Source: Elusimicrobiota bacterium
GTDB taxonomy: Bacteria > CG03 > SLGR01 > JBDRKX01
Assembly (NCBI GenBank): GCA_043813605.1
Contig: JBDRKX010000120.1
Span: 1-17,005 of the forward strand
Direction: 5' to 3'
Length of the DNA stretch: 17,005 nt
In this document: positions 8,380 to 16,484 of the stretch, piece by piece
Layout: each line of letters opens with the position of its first letter
Position numbering within the stretch: position 1 is the first letter of the stretch
Notes under the pieces: generated by a model
Seen by the model: the letters and a program-made list of their open reading frames with translations, nothing else
What the model was told of the DNA's origin: nothing
The model's database searches: none
Position numbers and translations under genes: made by a program

Positions 8380-9315
8380 CTAATTACTTCTTTTGTACTT
8401 ATCCAGCGCTTCTTCTACCTCATCCAGTTCAGGATCCAGTTCCAGGGCGGTCTTCCAGGCTTCTATTGCCGAATCCCTGTCGCCCATGGTAATAAGTATA
8501 GATCCCTCAAGAGCATAGGCAAGAGCCGTTTCGTGACTTGCAAGTGATTTACCTACTCTCTTGAGCGCCGCATCGTATCTTTTCGCATAAAACAGCTTCT
8601 GTGCCTTATGAAGTTCCTTCATGGCGCACTGCATGTCTTCTTCATATTTTTCTTCGCCGGACAGTTTTTTCTCTTCCAGATTTTTATCCACGTACTTGAC
8701 TACTTCTTCGGATTTTTCTTTTCCCGATTCCTGTTTTTCGGGCTCTATACGATCTTCCAGGGGTTCTTCCTCTTTTTTCGGCTCTTCCTTTATATCTTCC
8801 ACCGCCATCTCGACATCGACATAATATTCATTCAGGAATTCTTTCACCGCATTATCATTGAGCACCTTACTGTCCGAAGCCACAGCTTTTGATCCGGGCG
8901 CGGGTTCATCTTTTGCGGTTTTCTCACGGCTTGCTTTATTGATCTCTGATTCTTCAGCAGGCGGCGACATTACCTCGTGCATCAGTGTCCTGTTCGCTAT
9001 ATCTTCCTGTCTTGATTCTATACTTTCCATCTTATCTTCGAGACCCTGATTTTTTTTATCAATTACGAGTTTTATTTCCCCTATATCCATATCTACTTTT
9101 GTCTTAAAAGCCGCAAAATCTTCTTTCATGGCGGCATTCTGACTGGCAATCTCCCTCAGCATCTCCTTGAGTTCAGATATGCTCTCCTGTTCAGCGGATG
9201 AAGCTGTCTCTTCATTACTATTTACAGCAGGTTCTTCCGAAAGCGCCGCGCCGGGTACACAAAGACAAAGGACAATGCTAAGGCCTGTAATTAAACTGAA
9301 GAAGCGAGACTTCAT
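8380..9315 (-). CDS. Exported coiled-coil / acidic-linker / C-terminal TPR protein
   Basis: AGGAGG at 9329-9324, 8 nt before the ATG. Signal peptide, heptad-like region, E/K/P-rich linker, and TPRs AQKLFYAKRYDAAL and AYALEGSILITMGDRDSAIEAWKTALELDP. Confidence 0.85.
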   Translation of the reverse strand: MKSRFFSLITGLSIVLCLCVPGAALSEEPAVNSNEETASSAEQESISELKEMLREIASQNAAMKEDFAAFKTKVDMDIGEIKLVIDKKNQGLEDKMESIESRQEDIANRTLMHEVMSPPAEESEINKASREKTAKDEPAPGSKAVASDSKVLNDNAVKEFLNEYYVDVEMAVEDIKEEPKKEEEPLEDRIEPEKQESGKEKSEEVVKYVDKNLEEKKLSGEEKYEEDMQCAMKELHKAQKLFYAKRYDAALKRVGKSLASHETALAYALEGSILITMGDRDSAIEAWKTALELDPELDEVEEALDKYKRSN

Positions 9316-10357
9316 ACATTATACCTCCTGTCTTCACGGTACTTCCTGTGGTGTACTCGACATCCTTCAACCCGGCATATGATACTCCTGCCGCTACTGT
9401 AAGGTTCTTTGTTATATCCGATTCAATCCGTAATCCATAGACATTATTGCCGTAATTCTTAAGAGCCCATATCCTGCCGACTTTCAACTCCACTGCAAGC
9501 CAGTCCCTGTTGCTGGTCTTGTCATTTTCATCAACAGGTATGACCGGCACTCTTATACCAATACTTGTAACAAGATTGAAAGTGCCTTTTCCGCTTGCCG
9601 CCGATACAACCGTCCTGGACGCGCTTATGCCCTCATACAGATACTGAATACATCCTGTCAACGTGGCGCACAACCTGGTTTTTGCAGATAGTTTCTGGGA
9701 TATCCTCATATGAGTGTTATAGTATTTTGCGTATTGCGGTAAGGTTACTCCCGCGGGAGCTGTTCCCGAAAGGAACATCCCTGAGACGCCAAAACCGAAA
9801 TCCGCACCGGTGGTCTTCGGCGCAGGCTGTTCCGGCGGTATTATACTGTCGAATGACTGGCTCCATACTACTGCCATGGACTCAGAATCTATTATACGCA
9901 GATTTAAATAAAGGCCTTTTGGCGTGACATAGAGCGAACCTTCAAGAAAGCCGTCCAGACGCAGCTGCCTGGACACGCTCTTTATGTCTTCGGTCGTCTG
10001 AAAAGCCGAAGCGTAATGAAGCCTGTCTGCCTTCGCTACTATCTTTACCGGTTTTACCTCCGGTGCGTATATCAGTACCGGGCGGGGGAATTCCAAAAAC
10101 TTTGACTCTATCTTGCCCTGCACCTGCCTGAAAAGATTTCTCGATATGTCTTCCTTGTCTACCCTGATGGAGTAGAAACTTATCCTTCTTACATCCTCCG
10201 GGACATTCTTTATTTTTTCCGGCAGTTTTTCCAGCGCGTCATCGAGTTTAATAAGTATCTCTTCATCAGTCAGTACTTTCTGTTTCTTTGCTGAAACGTC
10301 GCCGAAAACAACAAGCAGCATCGCCACAATTATCAACAAGCTTTTTCTTTTATACAT
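9278..10357 (-). CDS. Exported protein: CsgG/FlgO/LpoB-like N-domain plus predicted small outer-membrane beta-barrel
   Basis: Signal peptide (...GDVSA). Pattern IKSVSRQLRLDGFLEGSL...YLNLRIIDSESMAVVWS, a Pro linker, then amphipathic strands (ADFGFGVSG, LVTSIGIRVPV, LAVELKVG, VYGLRIESDI, LTVAAGVSY, LLQFNY). The CDS is secure; the domain calls are inferred. Confidence 0.65.
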   Translation of the reverse strand: MYKRKSLLIIVAMLLVVFGDVSAKKQKVLTDEEILIKLDDALEKLPEKIKNVPEDVRRISFYSIRVDKEDISRNLFRQVQGKIESKFLEFPRPVLIYAPEVKPVKIVAKADRLHYASAFQTTEDIKSVSRQLRLDGFLEGSLYVTPKGLYLNLRIIDSESMAVVWSQSFDSIIPPEQPAPKTTGADFGFGVSGMFLSGTAPAGVTLPQYAKYYNTHMRISQKLSAKTRLCATLTGCIQYLYEGISASRTVVSAASGKGTFNLVTSIGIRVPVIPVDENDKTSNRDWLAVELKVGRIWALKNYGNNVYGLRIESDITKNLTVAAGVSYAGLKDVEYTTGSTVKTGGIMYEVSLLQFNYRP

Positions 10358-10372
10358 GATTATATGCCTTCG

Positions 10373-12211
10373 CTATTGTATATACTTCGTCAGGTCGACT
10401 TTTCCGCTTTTCGCCATATCACGCAGCCTCTGTGTTATAAGGTGCCTTGCACCGGTTATTTCCTCGATAGGCGTATCTTCCTGAAGTGTCTCGAGTCTGT
10501 CCGAGACTATGACTTTCGTCCTTGGAGGAAGATTTGTCAGTATCTTGTCTTTTACTTCCTCCTTCGAGTTTATCAGTGCCTTGACCAGCGTATCCCTGTC
10601 CATGTCCCTGAGGATATCAGCGAGCAGCCTGTCAGGCATCAATGTGAGCTGCTCAAAAGATATATATACCTTGCGCAATTCTTCCGCAAGCGCAATATCA
10701 TGCTCCGCAACCGAGGCAAGAAGCTGCTCCTCCATTTCAGGTGACGATTGTTCGAGCATGTCTATCAGCGCGTTGATGCCGTCTGTTGTCACAAACCTTA
10801 TCTTGTCGAGCTCTATAGCTTTCTTTGAAAGCTTTTTTGCTATATCCCTGTAAGCGGATATAGGTATTCTTTTTAGTTTGCCTATTTCGACCGGTATACG
10901 CAGCTGTTCATCTACCGGAAGATTATTTACGACTTCGTTTGCCGTTTCCGGAGAAACCTGAGCAAGAGCAACGGCAGTTATACCCATAGGTTCATCTTTG
11001 ATAAGCTGAAATATCTGATGAGGTTCCAGCTGTCTGAGAAAATGAAAAACGTCACCCTCATCTCCGCTGTTCTTACCTTTCATAAGCCTGAGAGACTGTT
11101 CATTCTGGAACTCTTCTCTGAATTTTTTAAAGACTTCCGTCAGGCTGTCTTTATCTATAGTCTGTATCTGGTTCATAGCAAATTCCACTTTTGCAGTAAG
11201 TTCCCTGCCCAGATGCTCCGCGAGAAACTCGGTAAGTTTCGGATCAGTCGCCTTTAAAAATGCCGCAAGCTTGTATATTTCCTCGTCTTTGTTTGAATCT
11301 GTCCATTTCCTTAGAATATCGCCCGACAGTTCAGGATTGCCTATGAGCGTCGTTACCATGAGCTGCCGTAATTCATAAAAGATATCCTTGTTGTTCTGAG
11401 CGCTAAGGAAACCATTATTCTGTCCGCCGGCCGGAGGCAGCTGTATTCTCGGGATCGGCTCCATCAGACCCTGCTGGCCGGAACTGCCGAGAGCCGGGAG
11501 AAGCGCGCTGTTTTCATGCCCTTCTTTCGGTTTTTTATTCGACCTCCTGAGACCGATTATCTGAAGGATCAGTATCACCAGAAGCAGAAGCACCAATATA
11601 CCGGCAATTACGTATACATAATACGGCACCGAAGCAAAGAAGGATGCTTTTTCAGGCGCTTCTTCTATGATATCTTCTGTTATGCCCTTATCTTTAACAG
11701 GGAATAATAGCGGCATCACATTGACGCTGTCTCCCCTGATGGTATCCACATCCGGATGAGATTTGATGACCCTGTTGACAAATACGACATCATCATTGGT
11801 GAAGACCTCATTATCAGCCAGTACGGAGATCTCCATGTATTTCACCTTGAACCTGTCAGAAAAGAGCCACTGCTCGTTGTAGTATTCCCGGGAGTCTTCC
11901 TGCTGTCCGGCATACGGTGATACAGGTAATCCCGGTAGATTCATCTGTGTTTCCGGCGGCACAGTCTGCGGCCTTGCAGTCTGTACCTTTTCAGGAATCC
12001 TTTCCAGATGTGCCCTTACATTGACTATATAGCTCCTGTTATCGTAATATTCACTGAGGGTCTGTTTAAGGTTCTGCTGCAGCTGCTCAGCGAACGCAGA
12101 TTCTCTCCTGTTAAGTTCCAGGTCATTCTGCTGAGGACTTAATGTCTGGGCATCAATATGCCTTGACATTAAAAGAAATAAGGTAATTAATGCTATTCTT
12201 TTAATTAACAT
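10373..12211 (-). CDS. FliF(RBM3-TM-C-terminal)-FliG fusion rotor protein
   Basis: aa1-21 signal peptide; aa~36-171 split RBM3-like domain (YIVNVRAHLE ... VKYMEISVLAD ... DTIRGDSVNVMPLLF); aa~196-221 TM; aa~278-304 FliF-C-like (NPELSGDILRKW); aa~313-368 FliG-N-like (KLAAFL); aa~389-461 FliG-M; aa~477-607 FliG-C (LAEELRKVYISFEQL, DRLLADILRDMD, KILTNLPPR, LRDMAKSGKVDL). Confidence 0.85.
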   Translation of the reverse strand: MLIKRIALITLFLLMSRHIDAQTLSPQQNDLELNRRESAFAEQLQQNLKQTLSEYYDNRSYIVNVRAHLERIPEKVQTARPQTVPPETQMNLPGLPVSPYAGQQEDSREYYNEQWLFSDRFKVKYMEISVLADNEVFTNDDVVFVNRVIKSHPDVDTIRGDSVNVMPLLFPVKDKGITEDIIEEAPEKASFFASVPYYVYVIAGILVLLLLVILILQIIGLRRSNKKPKEGHENSALLPALGSSGQQGLMEPIPRIQLPPAGGQNNGFLSAQNNKDIFYELRQLMVTTLIGNPELSGDILRKWTDSNKDEEIYKLAAFLKATDPKLTEFLAEHLGRELTAKVEFAMNQIQTIDKDSLTEVFKKFREEFQNEQSLRLMKGKNSGDEGDVFHFLRQLEPHQIFQLIKDEPMGITAVALAQVSPETANEVVNNLPVDEQLRIPVEIGKLKRIPISAYRDIAKKLSKKAIELDKIRFVTTDGINALIDMLEQSSPEMEEQLLASVAEHDIALAEELRKVYISFEQLTLMPDRLLADILRDMDRDTLVKALINSKEEVKDKILTNLPPRTKVIVSDRLETLQEDTPIEEITGARHLITQRLRDMAKSGKVDLTKYIQ

Positions 12212-12255
12212 TTTGTCGGATATACATATTCCTCTTTTTTATTGAATATTTTATT

Positions 12256-12284
12256 ACTCTAACACAAAAAAATCATTTTTTCAA
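12256..12284 (-). promoter_or_regulatory. Sigma70-type promoter for the motor operon
   Basis: TTGAAA (12284-12279), 17-nt spacer, TAGAGT (12261-12256) with extended -10 TG. Confidence 0.5.
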
Positions 12285-12415
12285 GATTCCTGGTATTTAA
12301 GGATATGTTTATTTCTTTAGTGCGGGCGCGCCCTGCCGCATAACTCTATATAAAGGCGCTCTGCTCCCTTTCCGCAGCCGGTTCAGATCCCATTGATCAG
12401 GCATACACGGTATAT

Positions 12416-12445
12416 TTGACAGAAGGGTAAAAAAATATTTATTAT
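12416..12445 (+). promoter_or_regulatory. Sigma70-type promoter for the divergent lipoprotein gene
   Basis: TTGACA (12416-12421), 18-nt spacer, TATTAT (12440-12445). RBS AGGAGG at 12472-12477. Confidence 0.55.
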
Positions 12446-12482
12446 AATTTACATATTAACAGTAATTTTTCAGGAGGATACA

Positions 12483-13013
12483 ATGCAGAAATTCGTACCC
12501 GCGATTCTTGTCATATGCCTGATTATATCAGCACCCGGTTGTGAAAAGATCGAACCCGTAAAGAAAAAAATAGTCAGTTTCCAGGAAAAACTGGAACATT
12601 TTATCAAATACAAGAAATGGCCGGATCAAAACAAGAAGACGAACAGATCTATCCATACAGCTTCTCCCGGAACAGCAACAGAAAATACAGTTCAGGATCT
12701 CAACTTGGATTATAATACCATGCTCACTTCTATCACAATCACAGCAGCCGGCGAACAGGGAAAAGTCATTATGGCGCCGGGAGAATCAATTGAACTCACT
12801 GCAATGGGTTTTGATTTCAACGGCAGTGAGCTTTCGATAAAGCCTGAATGGTGGACAACTACAGGCGCTCTTACTCCGAAAGACGGCAGTATTACCGTTA
12901 TTTACACTATGCCGCCTGATATCGGAACTGAATACACTTTTATCAAAGTGGGGGCAAATGTTGTAGCAGCTGATGCTTACGGTATGATCAACATCTATAT
13001 TAAACGTAATTGA
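12483..13013 (+). CDS. Probable lipoprotein with C-terminal Ig-like domain
   Basis: Strong RBS and lipobox-like SAPG-C20. SITIT...PGESIELTAMGFD...PEWW...G pattern resembles bacterial Ig-like domains. Confidence 0.75.
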   Translation: MQKFVPAILVICLIISAPGCEKIEPVKKKIVSFQEKLEHFIKYKKWPDQNKKTNRSIHTASPGTATENTVQDLNLDYNTMLTSITITAAGEQGKVIMAPGESIELTAMGFDFNGSELSIKPEWWTTTGALTPKDGSITVIYTMPPDIGTEYTFIKVGANVVAADAYGMINIYIKRN

Positions 13014-13016
13014 TAT

Positions 13017-13814
13017 TCAGCGTACTCCGCCGAGCATGTCAAACTTCCTTTGTCTTTCCTGCTCGTCGAAATTTATTAGATAGTCATTACGGTTGGCTAT
13101 AAGGTTTTCCGCTATATACAGTCCTATCCTGCCCACTTCTTCCGGAGACGGGGAATCAACTTTTTCAGAATAGAGCATGAACCTGAGACGAACGCTGTTG
13201 CCGAACACAACTCTGAAACTCCCTCTTGTGCCGGGAGAAATATCGTCAATGATATTGCCTGCCTTGTCGTAAAGCACGACCCTGCCGAGCATACCATTGA
13301 ATGTCTGCCATGCCGCTGTCCAGTCCTTCCAGTATAATCTTTCATCATCGGAGAGAGCCGAATACTCGGCTTCTGTCAGATCGGAAAGCTTACATACCTT
13401 TATCTTGGCATCAATATTCTTACCGTCGTAGATCACCCACTGCAGCCGGAACACGGTACCGAAGAGAAGTCCGGTCATCACGCTATCGCCGTCAGAAGGC
13501 ATAAAATGAACCGAACAATGCAGACTTTCAGCCGGATCTTTCTGTTCTTCCCTTCCAAGCACTTTTACTATCGTATTCTTCAGAAACTCCATCCTGTTCG
13601 GCATGCCTTCCGGGCTGTACCCGTCTGATCCGTAGACCTTAATAACCTGTATATCCTTCTTAGCTTCAGTTTCGGCTTGTCTTTTCCTTAAGATTTTTTT
13701 TCTTACACCTACCATTACCTGTTCACCGCAGAATGCCAGACACAGTATAATCGCGGTTATTGCTGCTATCCAGTATATCCTTATACGCATAAATTTTTCT
13801 TTTTCATTCTGCAT
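13017..13814 (-). CDS. Hypothetical protein with N-terminal membrane anchor/signal
   Basis: 265-aa ORF with hydrophobic IYWIAAITAIILCLAFCG. Alternative start at MRIRIY. No family recognised. Confidence 0.7.
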   Translation of the reverse strand: MQNEKEKFMRIRIYWIAAITAIILCLAFCGEQVMVGVRKKILRKRQAETEAKKDIQVIKVYGSDGYSPEGMPNRMEFLKNTIVKVLGREEQKDPAESLHCSVHFMPSDGDSVMTGLLFGTVFRLQWVIYDGKNIDAKIKVCKLSDLTEAEYSALSDDERLYWKDWTAAWQTFNGMLGRVVLYDKAGNIIDDISPGTRGSFRVVFGNSVRLRFMLYSEKVDSPSPEEVGRIGLYIAENLIANRNDYLINFDEQERQRKFDMLGGVR

Positions 13815-13848
13815 GCTTATTCAGGCCTCTTTATATTACGCATATGCT

Positions 13849-14724
13849 TCAGGTTCCGCACGGCAGAACGCTGTCACGTTCTATGAGTCTTGTCTCCATT
13901 TCCAAATGCTGCAGACCACTTACTTTTTTTTCTATCAGGTTGATCATGGTAGTCATGGCTTCCTTGCCGAGATGAAAAAGCTGCTGCCTGACAGTTGTAA
14001 GCGGCGGCGAGTAATAACTTGAGATTATATGATCATTGAAACCTATCACCGATACGTTCTCGGGAACACGCAGTTTATGTTCATTCAGTGCCCGGATGAC
14101 TCCAAAAGCCATGAGATCGTTCCCGCAGAACACGGCAGTAAAGTCCTTTCTTGCGTCGAGTCCCTCATCTTCGGGTTCGAGAATATCGTTCATCTCCTTA
14201 TAACCCGAATCTTCATAGAAAGTACCATATCTTACCAGGCCTTCGTCCAGTTCAAAATGATTCTCCGCTAATGCCTGTTTGTATCCTTCGAACCTGTCAA
14301 CAGCATTGGTTGTTTCCATCAATCCGTTTATCGCGGCGATCTTACTGTGCCCTTTCTTTATAAGGTATTCTACAGCTTTTTTTGCGCCTTCAATATTATT
14401 TGTGTCTACATAATTAACTTGAGGATACCGGGCATTTACCACTATAGCGGGAACTGAAAGACCATTGATCTCTTCAATGTTCTTCTCGCTCAATATCGGA
14501 GCGACCAGAAGAAGTCCCTTAGTTACTTCTTCGTCACAGGCGATCTTGTAATCCCTCTGCCCCTTCCGCAGTATGTTATGGTTAATGGTTATATCCCAGC
14601 TGAAAAGATTTGAAACTGCCAGTACACCCCTGAGTATTTCCGTAAAATAATGATTACTTGCAAAAGATGAAAAAAGAAAACCCTCAGGGGGCATTATGAG
14701 TTCAACTGTTTTTTTATTTGACAT
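13849..14724 (-). CDS. LacI/GalR-family effector-binding domain protein lacking the HTH
   Basis: NHYFTEILRG, YVDTNNIEGAKKAVEYLIKKGHSKIA, RFEGYKQAL, TAVFCGNDLMAFG, RVPENVSVIGFND, PPLTTVRQ, LIERDS. It begins directly at KKTVELIMP. Confidence 0.9.
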   Translation of the reverse strand: MSNKKTVELIMPPEGFLFSSFASNHYFTEILRGVLAVSNLFSWDITINHNILRKGQRDYKIACDEEVTKGLLLVAPILSEKNIEEINGLSVPAIVVNARYPQVNYVDTNNIEGAKKAVEYLIKKGHSKIAAINGLMETTNAVDRFEGYKQALAENHFELDEGLVRYGTFYEDSGYKEMNDILEPEDEGLDARKDFTAVFCGNDLMAFGVIRALNEHKLRVPENVSVIGFNDHIISSYYSPPLTTVRQQLFHLGKEAMTTMINLIEKKVSGLQHLEMETRLIERDSVLPCGT

Positions 14725-14751
14725 CCTATCCGGCTCCGGTTTATTTTTATA

Positions 14752-16359
14752 TTAATCAATATTCATATCAAATTCAAGGATTTCACCCGTCTTTGAATTT
14801 TCAGCCCGGACACTGTCAGAAGAACCTGAAGAAGTGATAAGTTCAAGGTACCAGTCACCATATTTGTTCCTCTTTATACCGGTAGCCCTGTACACCCCGT
14901 AAAAATCAGCAGCAAGCTGTGACGGTTCTATCCTCCTGTTCTTCACTATGCCGTTCCAGATATAACAGGCATCGGGATAATCGTTAAACCTCTCACTGAA
15001 ACCCTTTTCAAGATCAATACCCCAGAGTCTTCTCATAAGTTCGATCGCTCTAAGCGCATAAGACAGGTTCTGCACAGGTTCCAGCCTGGACAGATCCCCG
15101 AAGAACCAGCCGCAGGAAGTGAACATGTACGATGTAAAATGCATCATTTCCATTATATTACTTACCTCCGCACTGCCCCTGAAAGGCTCTACCACATACT
15201 CCGAATGAAAATCTCCGAGCAGGGAAGAATTGGTCAGTACCTTGCCGTAATTTTCCAGAGCTTCCCGGGGCGGTACGGTAAAATATTTTTCGGATTTCTC
15301 AGTGAAGATTTCCAGAACGTTGCCGGCAAGCCAGTTCAGGCTGTCCCTGAGGGGTTTCCGCCATTCAAGATCATTGTCCCCTTCTTTACCGCAGCCGCAA
15401 GCGCTCTTCCATCTTTCGATACCATGACAGCATGACCAGGAAGAATTATTTGTTACTCTTACCGCCCACTTCGGCGGATGCTCCGATATGTATTTCTCAA
15501 AACAGGAAACTTCTATACCCCTGGCCGGAAGCTCATACTTAAGCAGGTATGCCAGTCTCTGTTCCATACCCTTGTGGTGATGTCCGAAAGTCTCTCCGTC
15601 AGTTGCAACACTGACAAGCAGATCCTCGGATTGTTTCGTGCCGAATATCTTTTCTATGCGGTCCGCACAGGCTACCGGGTTATTCATTAATCCTCCAAAG
15701 GATATTTCCCCCGCAAGTTCATTATGTGAAAAAAAGACATCTATGTATCCCACCCTTGTTTCAAGCCTGTAGGGCCGCCTTATATCCAGTTTGGCGCCGG
15801 AGACATAATAGAGGCTATTGCCATAGAGACGTTTTACTGATTCCGCCTGCCCCTGTGTAAGTAACATAAATTTTATGCCGGAGTTTATCAGATCTTCTGC
15901 GACATCATAGCTGAAAGCGCATTCCGGCAGCCACATACCCGCCGGTTCGCGCCGGTACCTTATTTTAAATTCCTCTATTCCCCAGGCTATCTGGACCCTG
16001 CGCATAACACTGCTGTCGAGAGGAAGTATAGTATGGTTAAAAGCCATCGCAACAGCATTGTTCTCCTGCCAGTCGGCTTCGAGTATCTGTTTATACGTAT
16101 CCATATGGTGTTCCGCCATCCATCTCGAAAGCGTCGGGCCTACATCAAAAGAAATATATTTATAATTATTGACTTCTTCACAGTGACCTTCCGGCGTATG
16201 TATTATCGCAGACGTATTGGGCAGGTAGCATTCGTTGTATATTCTTTCGTTCCAGTCATTCGCAGGACACGCGGTCTCCTGATGCTCTATCATACCGGAC
16301 CAGGGATTCTCCCGTGGAGGCTGATAGAAATGAGCATGCAGTATGAATGTCTTTTTCAT
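14752..16359 (-). CDS. GH57 glycoside hydrolase with DUF3536-type region
   Basis: HAHFYQPPRENPW, NWNERIYNECY, SFDVGPTL, HTILPL, GMWLPE (nucleophile region), ATDGETFGHH (acid/base region), SSWSCCHGIERW, MFTSCGWFF. Confidence 0.92.
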   Translation of the reverse strand: MKKTFILHAHFYQPPRENPWSGMIEHQETACPANDWNERIYNECYLPNTSAIIHTPEGHCEEVNNYKYISFDVGPTLSRWMAEHHMDTYKQILEADWQENNAVAMAFNHTILPLDSSVMRRVQIAWGIEEFKIRYRREPAGMWLPECAFSYDVAEDLINSGIKFMLLTQGQAESVKRLYGNSLYYVSGAKLDIRRPYRLETRVGYIDVFFSHNELAGEISFGGLMNNPVACADRIEKIFGTKQSEDLLVSVATDGETFGHHHKGMEQRLAYLLKYELPARGIEVSCFEKYISEHPPKWAVRVTNNSSWSCCHGIERWKSACGCGKEGDNDLEWRKPLRDSLNWLAGNVLEIFTEKSEKYFTVPPREALENYGKVLTNSSLLGDFHSEYVVEPFRGSAEVSNIMEMMHFTSYMFTSCGWFFGDLSRLEPVQNLSYALRAIELMRRLWGIDLEKGFSERFNDYPDACYIWNGIVKNRRIEPSQLAADFYGVYRATGIKRNKYGDWYLELITSSGSSDSVRAENSKTGEILEFDMNID

Positions 16360-16455
16360 CGTCTTAATGTTTATCTATATTACACAAAATATCAGCCGCG
16401 CATGTCAATCTTTACGACTGAGCCCGCGTATCACAACAATGCGCGCTTTTATTCA

Positions 16456-16484
16456 TAGGGATAACATGATTTGATTTATCCCTA
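16456..16484. promoter_or_regulatory. Perfect 9-bp inverted repeat (TAGGGATAA-N11-TTATCCCTA), candidate operator
   Basis: Arms at 16456-16464 and 16476-16484 in the divergent GH57/phosphorylase intergenic region. Confidence 0.5.

Noticed and set aside
10373..11050. MgtE N-terminal domain instead of FliG
   Set aside because: The folds are related, but ordered FliF-C, FliG-N, -M and -C features, the torque helix and motAB linkage favour FliG; no CBS or MgtE membrane domain is present.
12321..12340. GC-rich dyad TGCGG...CCGCA containing GGGCGCGCCC
   Set aside because: Short stem, no U-tract and no recognisable RNA family; function unsupported.
16377..16408. TTGACA upstream of GH57 as a promoter
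   Set aside because: The best -10 (TAATAT) is 20 nt away, outside normal spacing.
1980..16458. Other short plus-strand ORFs (except 12483-13013) and nested minus ORF 13124-13348
   Set aside because: They overlap well-supported genes and have the composition typical of antisense or alternate frames.
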